In this document: in pieces, positions 1 through 11,590 of the stretch
Numbering within the stretch: position 1 is the stretch's first letter
Layout: the number at the start of each line of letters is the position of its first letter
Source: the human T2T-CHM13v2.0 reference genome, Homo sapiens
Assembly: GCF_009914755.1 (NCBI RefSeq)
Contig: NC_060939.1
DNA: 64,000 bases
Strand: one strand, 5' to 3'
Position numbers and translations under genes: made by a program
The notes under the pieces: generated by a model
Told to the model about the DNA's origin: nothing
Databases searched by the model: none
The model's input: only the letters and a program-made list of their open reading frames with translations

Positions 1-600
1 GATTTTATGATGTCTATAGACAGGATCATGTCATTTGGAGACATAATTTGACTTTCCTTCCAATCGGACTGCGTTATGTTTATTTTCTACACCAATTACC
101 TTGGCCACATCCTCCAGTACAGTGGCGACTAATACTGTGAAAGTGATATCCTTCTCTTGTTTCTAATTTTACAAGAAAGTTCTTGAGCTTCTCAGAAGAT
201 TTAGGATGTCATGTGAGGTTTTCTGTGCTTTCATGATAAGGAAACTTTTCTTATTTGCCTAACTTTTTGCATGGTTTTATAAGGAATGAAATTTCAATTT
301 AGCAGGTGCTTATTGCTCATCTTTTAAGATGACCATGTGTATTGTGTCCCTTATCTCTTAATATAGTTTATGGCACCAATTCTTTTCGTATGTTGAACTA
401 AATTTGCATTCGTAAGATGTATACCTTCATCAAAATTTATAAATTTTTACATGCCAGTTATTTGCTTTGATAGTATTCCCTTTAATTTTTGTTTTTATGT
501 TCATAAGTCATATTGATCATAGTTTTTCTTCAGTAACTTTGTCTAGCTGTGGTATAAGGCTGATAACTCAGATTGGAAAGTGATCTATTCTTCGTGTTGC
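1..600 (-). mobile_element. Old L1 (L1M) ORF2 fragment
   Basis: T-rich; atcatgtcatttggagacataatttgactttcc resembles antisense L1 ORF2. Confidence 0.8.
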
Positions 601-1139
601 TCTTACTGTTTTTTATGTGAAAGGTCTAAATTGATCTAGCACAAATAGAATTGAACACATGAAAAGGAGAAAAAATGTACATTTTTTCAAGATAATTTTC
701 AGACTTTGCAAACAATTATATTGTATAAGTGAATAAAACCAAATCAGAGTAGTAAAAAGATGTAATTGGGCTTCATAGATGGAGATTTAGAAAACACTAG
801 AAAGGGAGAGAGAAAGGTGGGTGATAAATTACTCTTTTTAATATGATTTCATTGTTTTGCATATTTCTTTCTTTAAATACATTACCTACAAGTATAGACA
901 AAGATGAAAATATGGGTTAACAGGTCCTCATTATTTAAAAGAAATATCAGATTTAATTCTGGTATTTCATTAAGGTCAATTTAGTTTGTATGCTCAGGAG
1001 ACCTAACATGTAGACATTTGAAGTGACACATTTTGTGAGCCTTCATAAATATCTATAAAAAATGGAATATCACAGTTTTTAAAAACTTAAAAGTTGAGCA
1101 AAACAAGGATTTAAATATTATTATTAAAGTTGTTACCTA

Positions 1140-1410
1140 TTCCAAGATGAGGACTTAGAAAAACAAACAGTTGGCAAACCAGTGCAGCAGGTGACATCCG
1201 TGAAGCCGCAGGCACACCCTGGGGACTGCGGTGTTGCTGGAGCTGACACTGCTGTGCTGCACATGTGGCTGCCACCAGTTTCCTCCCTCTCTGGGAAGTG
1301 GAATTTGAATTGCAAGTGATTATGGCTGATGGACGGAGGGACAAGACCACATTATCTCAAAATGCTTGGCTCTGTTGCTTGCTCCTCATTTCACTGCTAG
1401 GTGCCACAGG
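1140..1410 (+). promoter_or_regulatory. GC-rich, CpG-depleted segment; possible decayed promoter or exon (paralog 37098-37368)
   Basis: Abrupt GC rise in AT-rich DNA, many TG/CA, some residual CpGs differ between copies. Confidence 0.35.
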
Positions 1411-1518
1411 CTTGGGGTTTACTGTTTATTTTTCGAAAAATATATGATAAATTGGTATTAATTATTTGAAGATGTAAAATCATTCACTGGTGATGTCTTC
1501 TTGACCAAGTCAGGAAAT

Positions 1519-1835
1519 TTTTTTTTTTTCACAAACAGGGTCTCACTCTGCATCCAGGCTGGAGCACAGTGGCATGAATGTAGCTCACTGCAGACTTGAA
1601 CTCCTGGGGTCAAGCAATCCTTTTGCCTCAGCCACTTGAGTAGCTGGGGCCACAGGCACATGCCACCATGTCTGGCTAATCTTTTTTCTTCTTTTCTTCC
1701 TTCCTTTTTTTTGTGTGGTAGAAACAGGTTCTAAGTATGTTGCCCAAGCTGGTCCTGAACCCCTAGCCTCAAGTAATCCTCCTGCCTCAACCTACCAAAG
1801 CATTGGGATTACAAGTTTGACCCACCGTGATCAGT
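1519..1835 (-). mobile_element. AluJ
   Basis: PolyT followed by agggtctcactctg...caggctggag; highly diverged. Confidence 0.9.
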
Positions 1836-1839
1836 CCAG

Positions 1840-2038
1840 GGTAGGAAATGGAATCTTAGCAACTATCACATGAGCTTTGAGGGAATCCTTCTCCAGATGA
1901 GCCTTCAGTTGAGACCTCAGCCGTGGACATCATCTACATCTGGATTCCTGGCCCAGAGCAACTGTAAGTAATGTGTGTGTGATTTTGAGCCATCACACTA
2001 TGTGGCAATTTGTTGTGCAGCAACTGATAACTAATACA
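1840..2038 (+). mobile_element. MLT1 (MaLR) LTR 3' fragment, monomer A
   Basis: Ends aatttgttgtgcagcaactgataactaataca (MLT1-type terminus); act|gtaagt donor at 1964. Confidence 0.8.
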
Positions 2039-2059
2039 AAAGATAGCACATTTAATTTC

Positions 2060-2300
2060 TAATACTACCCTGGATTAGATTCTGGAACAGAAAAATGGCA
2101 TTACTAGAAAACCTGGTAAACTCAGAAGAAAGTCTGTAGTTCAGTTAATAGTTTTAAGCCACTGTAAGTTTATTAGTTTTCATAAATACATTATGGGTAT
2201 ATAAATAAGATGTAACATTCTAGTAAACTCCTGGGTATGTAAAACTAGCTATACTATGTTTGCATCTTTATGTGTATCTAAAATTATTTTAAAATGAAAT
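2060..2300 (+). mobile_element. L1MC-type 3' end fragment
   Basis: ctggattagattctggaacagaaaa...tctaaaattattttaaaat. Confidence 0.7.
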
Positions 2301-2329
2301 CTTTGATTTTTTATTTTTAATTAAAAAAG

Positions 2330-2477
2330 ACAGGCATGCATATGTTATCCCAGCTTCTGGGGAGGCTGACTTGGGAGGATTGCTTGAGCCCAGGAGTTCC
2401 AAACTGAAGTGAGCCATGATTGTGTCACTGCACTCCAGCTTGGGAAACAGAGGGAGATCAAGACTCAAACAAAAAAT
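2330..2477 (+). mobile_element. Alu monomer/fragment
   Basis: gggaggattgcttgagcccaggag...cactgcactccagc plus A tail. Confidence 0.85.
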
Positions 2478-2951
2478 TGGCCTCAGAAGATGAATGGACA
2501 TACAGAAAAAAAATAGCCAAGCAGATTTTCGCATACATTTACCCTTAAATACATACATCCATCTACTTCAGGAAGCCACTATCAAACTCAAGGAACTCTT
2601 GTCCATATTTGACCTCCCCATCACACTCTTTATTACCAAGTAACTCGTTTGAGTGTCAGTAACCTCTCTGTTTTCAGAGATATTTGCCTATGCCTCACAT
2701 ACCCCAGAAAGGCCCATTTTCAGATATCATTTAGGAACATATCTACAGGATCCCACTGAACATATTTTGGCAGACAAAGTTTCTGGATGCCAAAGACCAA
2801 GATTGAGGAATGTTAGTGACAAGAAATATAAATTATATTTTCATATTATGTTTTTTTTATTAATACAGGCTTAGTTTTCTAAAGATAATTCTGCCTTCAA
2901 GCCTTGTTGGAATTCTGTGATAATTTCTTTTCACTCCACGATCTCCATCAG

Positions 2952-3046
2952 GAATTTTATGGAACCTTGTATTCTGTTGAATACCAGAATTATATCAGCA
3001 ATCCCCAAGCCCCAAAGTCACCAAATGGGCATCATCATGACAGCAG
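2952..3046 (+). ncRNA. Candidate lncRNA internal exon, monomer A
   Basis: Pyrimidine tract ...ctccatcag| and donor CAG|gtgagt at 3047. Confidence 0.4.
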
Positions 3047-3221
3047 GTGAGTGGAATACAAAGATATATATATATATATATATATATGGTTGTTGGTGGT
3101 TTTGGCAGTTTCTACTTATCTGGACCTGGACAAAAAAATCTTTTCACACCAGATTTTTGGCAGCTGAGATTCAAAATAGCTTTTGCACAGGCATGGAAAA
3201 CCTGATAGAGGCAAAACAACA

Positions 3222-3585
3222 GGCCAGGTGTGGTGGCTTATGCCTGTAATGCCAGCGCATTGGAAGGCCAAAGTGGGTGGATGGCTTGAGTCCAGGAGTT
3301 CAAGACCAGCCTGGGCAACATGGAAAAACTGTTTCTCTACAAAAAAATAGTAAAATTAGCTGAGTATAATGGCACACCCTGGTGGTCCCAGTTACTCAGG
3401 AGGCTGAGGCAGGTGGATGGATTGAGCCCAAGAGGTCAAGGCTGCAGTGAGCCGTGATTGTGTGACTGCACTGCAGCCTGAGCAATAAAGTCAGACCCAA
3501 GAAAGAAAGAGAGAGAGAGAGAGAGAGGAAAGAGAGAAAGAAGGAAAGAGGCAAAAAAGGGAAGGAAGGATAGGAAGGAAGAAAA
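3222..3585 (+). mobile_element. AluJ with GA-rich tail
   Basis: ggccaggtgtggtggc...gagcccaagaggtcaaggctgcagtgagc; tail (GA)n/(GGAA)n. Confidence 0.9.
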
Positions 3586-3986
3586 TACAACATATCCTCA
3601 ACCCTCCAGCAGTGATCTAAGAGATAGACAGAGGCTGAGTGGTGATTCTGCATATGTGCTGGCTAAACAGAGAATCCCAGAGCAGGAAGGATTCTCCACT
3701 CACCGCACACACAACTTCCTGTTCAACACGCTGCTGGACAGCACCAGGGTTGTTTCCAGGGACCATGCCTAAAAACCCACAAAGACATCAGACTTCATTC
3801 TGCACACCAATGGCCATGTATAATGTTGACTTGTTTTTTGGTTTATAAACATGGGGTCTATTTTCTACACCATGGTAATAGTGACAGTGAGAAAATGAGC
3901 TCCTGTGACCTAGAAACTTGGAAGAGACATTCAGCTTCATGGAAGTCATTCCTCATTCTGAGATGAGGATTCTTAGTATTCCTGAA

Positions 3987-5965
3987 ATGGCACTTCCTTG
4001 CTTAATTGTGTACCCTGTCAAGCACTGGAGGGAGAGGCCATCTCTGTTATCTCATTATACTGAGGAGGCAGAGTAGCTCCCTCTTATTGGTCTGATGCCT
4101 CACTTGGTAGCATCAAGGCAATCCGGGCCAACGCAGAGGCCGGCGCTAAGGGCCCCGTATGGCGGTACCGCAGTGGGAGCTGTTGGGGTGGAGCAGAGGC
4201 CAGGTGCGTTCTGGCTGTGGTGGTTGGAGCTGCTAAAACAGCTTGGGTGTAGGACATTTAAAAGTCCTAATTCTTCTTCATTGCTTTCTGCCTGAGTTTG
4301 GCTATCTGGCTTGTGAAGAGTCCTTTTTCCATTCTGTCCCTTGGTACAGCTGGCAGCTGGCGTCTTCCCTCATGGTATGAATCCTGATTTTCAAAAAGCA
4401 TGAAGGCTTGGACATATGGTATTTTTTCTAATTTTCCAGACCTCTGACAAAATGAGTCTAACTGCATTAAAGACTAGTATTGGTTACGTCCAGTCAGAGG
4501 TCAAAATTTATAACCTAACTTGTCCACAGTCCAAACAGCACTGCAATAATAGACCGTTTTTCTCTTAGTCAAGGGCTCATAGGTATAGGATCTACACTTA
4601 GCTAGGGTATGCCCCAGGGGCTCCCAGAGGGGATAGAGACCTTGTTTCCCCTCCTGACTTGGTTTCTATATCCATACTGCTCTTCCCAGTTGAAACAGTG
4701 ATGACCACTTTTATTTGTTGTCTCTCTTCTGTTCTGCACTGCTCATGTCCTTCAACCAGACCTCTGTGGGTTGGAAAGACTTTTCTAGCTTCATATAAGT
4801 AGTGCAGTAATAGCACTCATGGTCCTAAAGGAACACTTGTGCAAATCACACCACACAGCTGGGACAGCCAAAGAGATCAGAGAATAAATTCCTTGGGCAG
4901 GCTACTGATTAGCACCAGCTAGCACAGCACTCCCCCACCACCACCCCCACTCCGCCCCCCGCCCAGCCCCAACAGCACATCAACTTCATCCCAGGTCCAT
5001 GTTCTGCTGTACTTAGTACCCTAGTAGAGGGTAACCGAATGGCAACAAATTAAATGGTAAATTAGGCAGATAAAAAGGGCAGAGGGGTTGGAGTCAGGAC
5101 TGCCTAAACACTTAACCCATATGCTGTTAAGCTTTTTTTCACATAAACAACATTAAGCACCGTAAGCATGGTGGCAAGCCCTTTAGATAACCTATGGAAT
5201 AGTTCACATCCTTCCTTTCCCCATAAAAACTGGCACAGTTGTGAGAAGTACTCCAGGGCCCCAAAAAGAGTGACCCTGCTAGGGCAGTGGAGGCTATTTC
5301 CCTCCAGGGCTGGATCCTGGATGGAGTGGGGCTTATGCAGATCACCCTGCAGAGGAAAGGAGGAGGAGGAGAGAGAGACAGAGATGAGGGCCTAAATGTA
5401 GATATTGTACCTTTTACAGTTGCAGGTTCAGACTGCAGAGTCCCGGACAGATCCCCACTAAAGGGCTGGGTAAACGGCCTGAAACCTCCTCTCAATTTCA
5501 GATGCCCTCCTGCCAATCAGCTGACTCCAAGTGGAGCAAAGCCCAGGTCTTGACATAGATACAGATACCATACATGCCCAGATGATGTCACAAGCAGCTA
5601 TATGTAAACAGAGCAGAGGTCAGGTGACATCACAGAACAGGCAGAGGCAGTTCAGGGGGTATTCTGGTTGCCTTACCCAGCTCTGAAGTCTGTCAGCCTC
5701 TTCAGATGTCACTTGCCCTGTGGTAAGGAAGTGTAGTCAGCACCTGGTGCAGTGGCAAGAAGAGAAAGGAAGTTCCCCAAGACAGAAACATCTCAGCAGG
5801 TAAAGAGAAATTCCCTAGAGCCCCAATCATGGGACCAGCTAGTTGGAAGCAGGTGGCATTCCTGGGTAGTTTCTTTCCCTTCCAGTGGCCAGAATGGTTA
5901 AGCCTTGGTGTGCTTGTGTGTCTGATTGCCCCATTCATCGGAATCCAGACCAATGGTTTCAGGAA
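3987..5965 (-). mobile_element. Class I ERV leader plus 5' gag remnant (rest deleted)
   Basis: ORF 4267-4467 QLDSFCQRSGKLEKIPYVQAF resembles gamma-like HERV Gag matrix; paralogous to 46004-47970. Confidence 0.85.
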
Positions 5966-5967
5966 CT

Positions 5968-6206
5968 CTGAGTGTGTTGTTCCCCTCTATGTGTCCATGT
6001 GTTCTCATCATTTAGCTCCCACTTATAAGTGAACATGGAGGTATTTGGTTTTCTGTTCCTGTGTTAGCTTGCTAAGAATAATGGACTGGCAGCTCCATTC
6101 CTGTCCCTGCAAAGGACATCATCTGGTTCTTCTTTATAGCTGCGTTGTATTCCATGGTGTATATGTGCCACATTTTCTTTATACAGTCTATCGTTGATGG
6201 ACAATT
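5968..6206 (-). mobile_element. L1P 3' region fragment
   Basis: tgtgtccatgtgttctcatcatttagctcccacttataagtga. Confidence 0.9.
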
Positions 6207-6211
6207 ACTTT

Positions 6212-6685
6212 GTTATTAGCTTTGTCCAGGAAAGAATTTAAGGGCAAGTGGGTGATGTTAGACTGCAATATTTTATTGAATGGTAGTGCTCCTAGCGGAG
6301 CAGGGTTAACTCTTAAGCAGTGTATTCAGAGGTGGCAACATATAGGCCTCTTGGCAACTGTATTTATATGCAATGAAACCCACTTTTAATTACATGCAAA
6401 TTGAGGGGCAGTCAATGCAAATTGAGGCAGGAAAGGGGCAGTGACTTCTAGGTTGTCTCCATGGAAAGGGCAGTAACTTCTGAGTTGTGGCCATGGAATT
6501 TGTAAAGAGTTATGTGGTTGGTAGGAGTGTCTTATGTGAGTGACAAATGAAGACTGCCAGGGTGACATTTGCCACAATGTACAGGCTTCTGCCAGTTTTT
6601 TCACTTTATCCTATCTGGAGCAGATCTTATTTTGGTCATCAAGGCTGTGAAACCAGAAAACAAGTCCTTCCAGTCTCTTACCTCA
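6212..6685 (-). mobile_element. ERV1 solo LTR (MER66-like), clipped by deletion
   Basis: Minus strand begins tgaggtaagagactggaaggacttgttttc; fuller copy at 60751-61271. Confidence 0.7.
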
Positions 6686-6689
6686 TAGT

Positions 6690-8460
6690 GACAAAAGACA
6701 TTGAGCATATTTTCATGTGATTTTGGATACGACTATGGCTTTTTGAGAATTGGCTATGTAAGATTTTGCCATTTTTGATTGGGATATTTGCCTTTTTAAT
6801 TTTGAGTTGTAAGACATTGCGTATTCTGGATAATAGACCATTACCACCTATAAAATTTGCAATTTTCAAATATTTTCTGCCATTCTTTGGGTGCCTCTTT
6901 GTATTTGATGGTGGACTTTAAATTGCAAAAGGTTTTAATTCTAATGAGGTTTATCATTTCTATATTTTCTACTTTTCTTTGTAATTTTTCAGTGTCATAT
7001 CTTAAAACATTGTTTAACCAAAGACCACAAAGATGTATTCCTGTGTTCCTTTTTATGGGTTTGGTCTGTTTAGCTCTTATGTTTAGATGGATTATCATTT
7101 TGAGTCAATTATGTTTCTGGTATGAGGCAAGAGTCTAACTTGCATGTGGATATCCACTTGACCCAGAAACATTTGACAAGAAAATATTGCTTCATACCTA
7201 ATTTATTTGGCCACATTATAAAAGCATTTCACCATAAATGTAAGGATTCATTTTTGAGTATTATATTCTACTCCATTGATCAATACATATATCCCTATAT
7301 TAGTACCACAAATCTTGATTACTATTACTTTGTAGTAAGTTTTGAAATCAGGAAGCATATGTCTACTATGCAAACCCTTTTTGTCCTTCTCAAGAGTGTT
7401 TTGGCTGCTCAGTATCTATATTATATATAATTTTAGGATAAGCTTCTGAATTTAGGGGAAGGTAATGCCACCTGGGGTTTTGAGAGAAGTTGCATTAATT
7501 CTATAGATCCGTTTGGAAAATATTGCCTACCTAACAATATTAACCCTTCTAAACAATGAGCATTCAAATATTTTCTATTAATTTTTTTCAATATGCGTTC
7601 TATCGTTTTTAGTGTACATATCTTATACTTAATTTGATAAGCTTATTCCTAAGTATTTTTGATGTGATCTCAATTGCAACGGTTTTCTGAGTTTTGTTTT
7701 TAGATTGTTAATTGCTAGTATAGAGAAATTTAAAATATTTTATATATTTTATATACTGCAAACTTCTTTGAACTCATCTTTAAATTCTAAACATGTTTGA
7801 TTAGAGTCCTTTGGACTTTTTATACATGAGATCATGTCATTTGCAAACAGTGAGAGTTTGACTTCCTTTCCATATTAGAAATATTATATTTTTCTAAATG
7901 ATTTGCCCTGTCTACATTCTCCAGTACAATGTTGCAAACAAGTGTGAACAGTGGAAATAGGTGACTTGTTTCTAATATCAGAGAAATTAGTGAACCTTTC
8001 AGATTACTTATGATGATATGTGAGCTTTTCATAGATGCCCTTTGAAATGAAGAAAGTTCTCTTATCTGCCTAATTTGCTGCATGTTTTTATAATACTGAA
8101 TCTGGGAATTTTCAAGTGCTTGTTGCACACCTTCTGAGATGATTGTGTAGTTTTTATTCTTTATTAATATAGTGTATGACATTAATTGTATCATATGTTG
8201 AACCAAACTTGCATTCCTGAGGTAAATACCTTTTGCCATAGTTTATAATACTTTCTACATGTTGCTGATTTCATTTGATAATGTCTCCCTGGTGATTTTT
8301 GTCTCTGTATTTATAAGGCATATTGGTCTTCATTCTCCTTATTTGAAATATATTTGTGTAGTTGTTCAATCAGGGTAAACGAATTCATAGTATACAATGG
8401 GAAGTAATCTATTTTCTACTTCTTTATTATTATTGTATTGTTTTGAAATATTTTTGATAA
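6690..8460 (-). mobile_element. Old L1 (L1M) ORF2/3' region
   Basis: ORF 7832-8239 shows frameshifted L1 ORF2 similarity; T-rich antisense L1 motifs. Confidence 0.85.
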
Positions 8461-8509
8461 ATTAGTATTAATTTTCTGTGATTTTAATAACACATCAGTG
8501 AGTTCCTGA

Positions 8510-8701
8510 TGAGGGAAGGGAAGTGAATCCTAAGAACAATCATGTGAGTTTGGAAGGAGACCCTTCCCCAGCTGAGCCTCAGCCTGAGCCATCACCTACA
8601 TCTAGACCGAAGACCCAGAGAAACCGTGAGTAATATGTGTGTGGTTCTGAGCCACTAAGGTACGTACTAATTTGTTATGCACCAAGTAGTAAGTAATATA
8701 C
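8510..8701 (+). mobile_element. MLT1 LTR fragment, monomer C
   Basis: Same truncation as other monomers; acc|gtgagt at 8626; ends aagtaatatac. Confidence 0.8.
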
Positions 8702-8999
8702 TTGACAGTAATTGTAAGGTGGTATTCTGGATTAGGTCCTGGAATAGATAAGTATATGATTATTAAAAAACCTGGTAAAATATGAAGGAAGTTTGTAGAT
8801 CAGTTAATAATCTTGAAAAACAGTTAAATTCTTAGTTTTCATGAATATGCTATGGTTATAATATATATTAACATTCTAGTTAGCTGAATGGTATATGAAA
8901 CTGTCTGTACTTACCTATGTGCATTTATGTAAATCTGCAGTTATTTCAAAATAAATATGTTTTTTAATATTATTATTATTTTTTTAAGAAAAGTAAGCA

Positions 9000-10900
9000 A
9001 GTAAAGACATCAGCAAAAAACTTTTGCCTCCAGATACAAGTGGGCATGTAGGGAGAGAATAGTAAACTGGCTTTTCTTTTCTAGGCAACATTCGAAACCC
9101 AGGTGCCACTCCTTCAGGAAGGTACCATCAAGCTCCAAGGACTCTTATCCTCTTTCTCCTTCCCCACTACCTAGTCATTAGAGCGTCAGCATCCACTTCT
9201 TGAAAGGAAGATGCCTGTTTTTCACATATCCCAGAAAACCCCATTTTAGGACAGCATTTAGCAGAGTATATTCAGGATCCCACTAACCTTTTTGGAAGAC
9301 ATGACTTCCAGATGATATAAGGCAAGAATAAGAAATTTCAGTGACAGGGAACAGAAATCATATTTCTGCATTCAGGATCATGTTTTCTTGGTACGGGGAT
9401 TTCTTCTTCAAGTAACCCAAGGTCAACTTTACCTTCAAACCTTTCAGAAAACCTGTTCTAATTTACTTTGCTTCTTTCTACAGGCTCCATCAGGAACTGT
9501 GCAGGACTGTGCACTCTGTTGATACTCACATGGTGGAATTATATTGCCTTTGGCCAACCCTAAAGCCATCAAGATAGCAGGTAAGCAGAGTACAAAAAAT
9601 ATTTCTCATAAGTTGGTGCAGGGCAGTCCCTGCTTCCAGAGGCCTGGGAATAAAACTTTACAACAGAGTTTTTGCAGGTGAATGATACTGAGTGATATAT
9701 ACATGTTGTGCACAAGAAGAGAAATCTCAGTAGACAAAAAAACAAACAAACAAAAAAACCAGTATACAGCATATCTCCAACCCTCCATGCAGTGATCTGA
9801 GAGACAGAAACAGGGTGACTGATGACTCTGCATGTGTACTCGCTGCCCACTAATTCTCCACACAGCTTCCTATTAAGAGGCCATTGCACTCTTCTTAGTA
9901 GCAGCAGAGTTGTTTTCAGGAACCATGCCTAAAAGGCCTACAAAGCCATGGAGGTACATATTAAACTCCCATTGACATCCATAAATCTTGAATAGCAGGA
10001 TGTCACAGGCACAGATGACAAAGTGCTGAGCACTGAGTCCCCAGACAAACTTTCACTGCATGGAAGATATGATTTCGCACAGTATCCTAAATCAACAGTT
10101 CTATAGAGGCTGGTCTGGACACCACAAGTCTACAGAAGATGCTATTGCAAACAAACCACATTTTTAGACGACATCATGAGGCAAACCCAGTGCTCTGTCT
10201 CCACACTCTAACCTGATAAGAAGATTGAGTTCAAGGAAGGAATGTCTCATATATGTAATGGCATGGCTTTGTGTTTACTTAATTCAACCTTCCCGGAGTC
10301 TAAAACTCTAGGTGAAATTTCAGTCAGCCCCCTTAACTCTGACTGTATGAGTTTTTTCATCACTCAGTGTACTCATGAGGGGACATCGAAACCGATTCCA
10401 ATATCCAATTACCCAAAGTAGAGTTGACCAGAGAAGCAAGGGGGCAGATCAGAATATCTTATAAAGACCATTATGCATTCACTTCTGCAGTGACTAATCA
10501 TAAGGTGATTTCTACGATCACCAGCCATGTGATTAAAAGGACAAATGTGAATGAAGAAAAAGATATACAAATGTTACAGCTGAAAGAATGGAATCTGTAA
10601 TGAAGTTTACAGGAAGCGTTGCTCATATTTCTAAGATTACAGTTTAAAGTTTCAAAATACAGGATTTTCCCACGTCTTTAGAGAGCTAGCACTCCAGTAA
10701 ATTTTTCAAGTAACTCTTTACAATTTTCATCTTTGTCTTCAATGGATTTCTTAAACCATGGTTCATAGAACTATATTTCCATATGTGACATAAGAATTCT
10801 AGCACTCCACTAATAACTCTAATGTGTCTAAAATTATAAATGCAGTTTATAACACCTCTCTGGACACTCACTTTAATGAGAAGTGGACAAACTGGACTTC
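9000..10900 (+). repeat. Ancient tandem monomer core, type C
   Basis: Collinear similarity to 27850-29790, 38450-40950 and 54550-57230. Confidence 0.9.
9484..9580 (+). ncRNA. Candidate lncRNA internal exon (97 nt), monomer C
   Basis: Branch-like ttctaat, tract ttactttgcttctttctacag|, donor CAG|gtaagc; no long ORF. Confidence 0.6.
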
Positions 10901-11059
10901 CCTAATGGAGGGCAGTGGTGAAGCTTCCAGGTAGAATATAAATGCAGTTTATAAATTTATGTGGTAAGATTTAAGCATATTTCCTCAATAACAAACAAGA
11001 ATATAGCCAATGAGCCACCATAATTTAACAGTGAGAAACAAGCAGTCACAGAGAAAACA

Positions 11060-11590
11060 GTGTATTCCATTCATCGTAGAGTGCACATTTTCACATCTAT
11101 CAAATACAGATGCATCTTAAATTTGAAAGCGTTAAAACACTGTTGACGGGAAGGCAGTCATAATGTGATTGTCCTCATTTACCTGTATATGAGCTTTGTC
11201 TGCAAACCTCCTGTTGATGTTTTTGGGTGATGTCATCAACATCAGCATCAAATCTTGCACAGGAGGTTTCAGAAGGTTGAAAATAGAGACTCGCAGGAGC
11301 AAGGTAGGAATCTCACAGGAAATGCAGCATCACCAAATCCTCAGATTAGCACAAATGATGATAACATGGGGAACACCATGAGCAAGATGAATTGAAGAGT
11401 GATTTAGGAGAGTTGGATCTGAATGGGAGGAAATTTAGGAAAACCTTTGTTGGTGTATTTTCCTTATATGTTCCATCCCATGTAATCATAGGAGTGACAA
11501 AAGACAAGACAAATATCCACAGATATATGTCTTGAAAACAGCTTTTTTTCCAATAATTATAATATAATGATGTTATTATTATACAGTGTA
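11060..11590 (+). mobile_element. Tigger/pogo-like DNA transposon remnant
   Basis: aaatgcagcatcaccaaatcctcagattagcacaaatgatgat resembles the pogo C-terminal KKCCITNALDGTEDD motif. Confidence 0.5.

Larger units (their letters stand above)
2480..3970 (+). repeat. Ancient tandem monomer core, type A (truncated by deletion at 3970)
   Basis: Shared blocks with cores at 9.0, 27.9 and 54.5 kb (ctcaaggaactct, gtcagtaacc, gcagtgatctaagaga, caccagggttgt). Confidence 0.9.
1..9420 (+). repeat. Recent segmental duplication, left copy (two large internal deletions relative to right copy; probably extends beyond the window)
   Basis: 1-3970 aligns to 35951-40078, 3987-6206 to 46004-48215, and 6212-9420 to 60794-64000; near-identical ORF pairs in the ORF track (1265/37223, 5139/47144, 7122/61696). 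Confidence 0.97.

Noticed and set aside
4930-4975. C-rich tract, potential G-quadruplex on the minus strand
   Set aside because: Low-complexity ERV leader sequence, differs between copies, no further support
5216-5231. tccccataaaaac, a short match to remembered SNORD116 sequence
   Set aside because: Lies within the ERV leader with no flanking boxes; chance match
5139-5553. Overlapping 75-125 aa ORFs repeated at 47144-47558
   Set aside because: ERV leader sequence, no recognisable domain, shared only through duplication
7122-7430. 102-aa ORF conserved at 61696-62004
   Set aside because: Lies antisense within old L1; conservation is explained by the recent duplication
9000-10900. Idea that the monomer carries a tandem C/D snoRNA or miRNA (SNORD115/116-like array)
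   Set aside because: No conserved RTGATGA...CTGA pair with terminal stem across monomers and no match to remembered SNORD115/116 sequence; not excluded computationally
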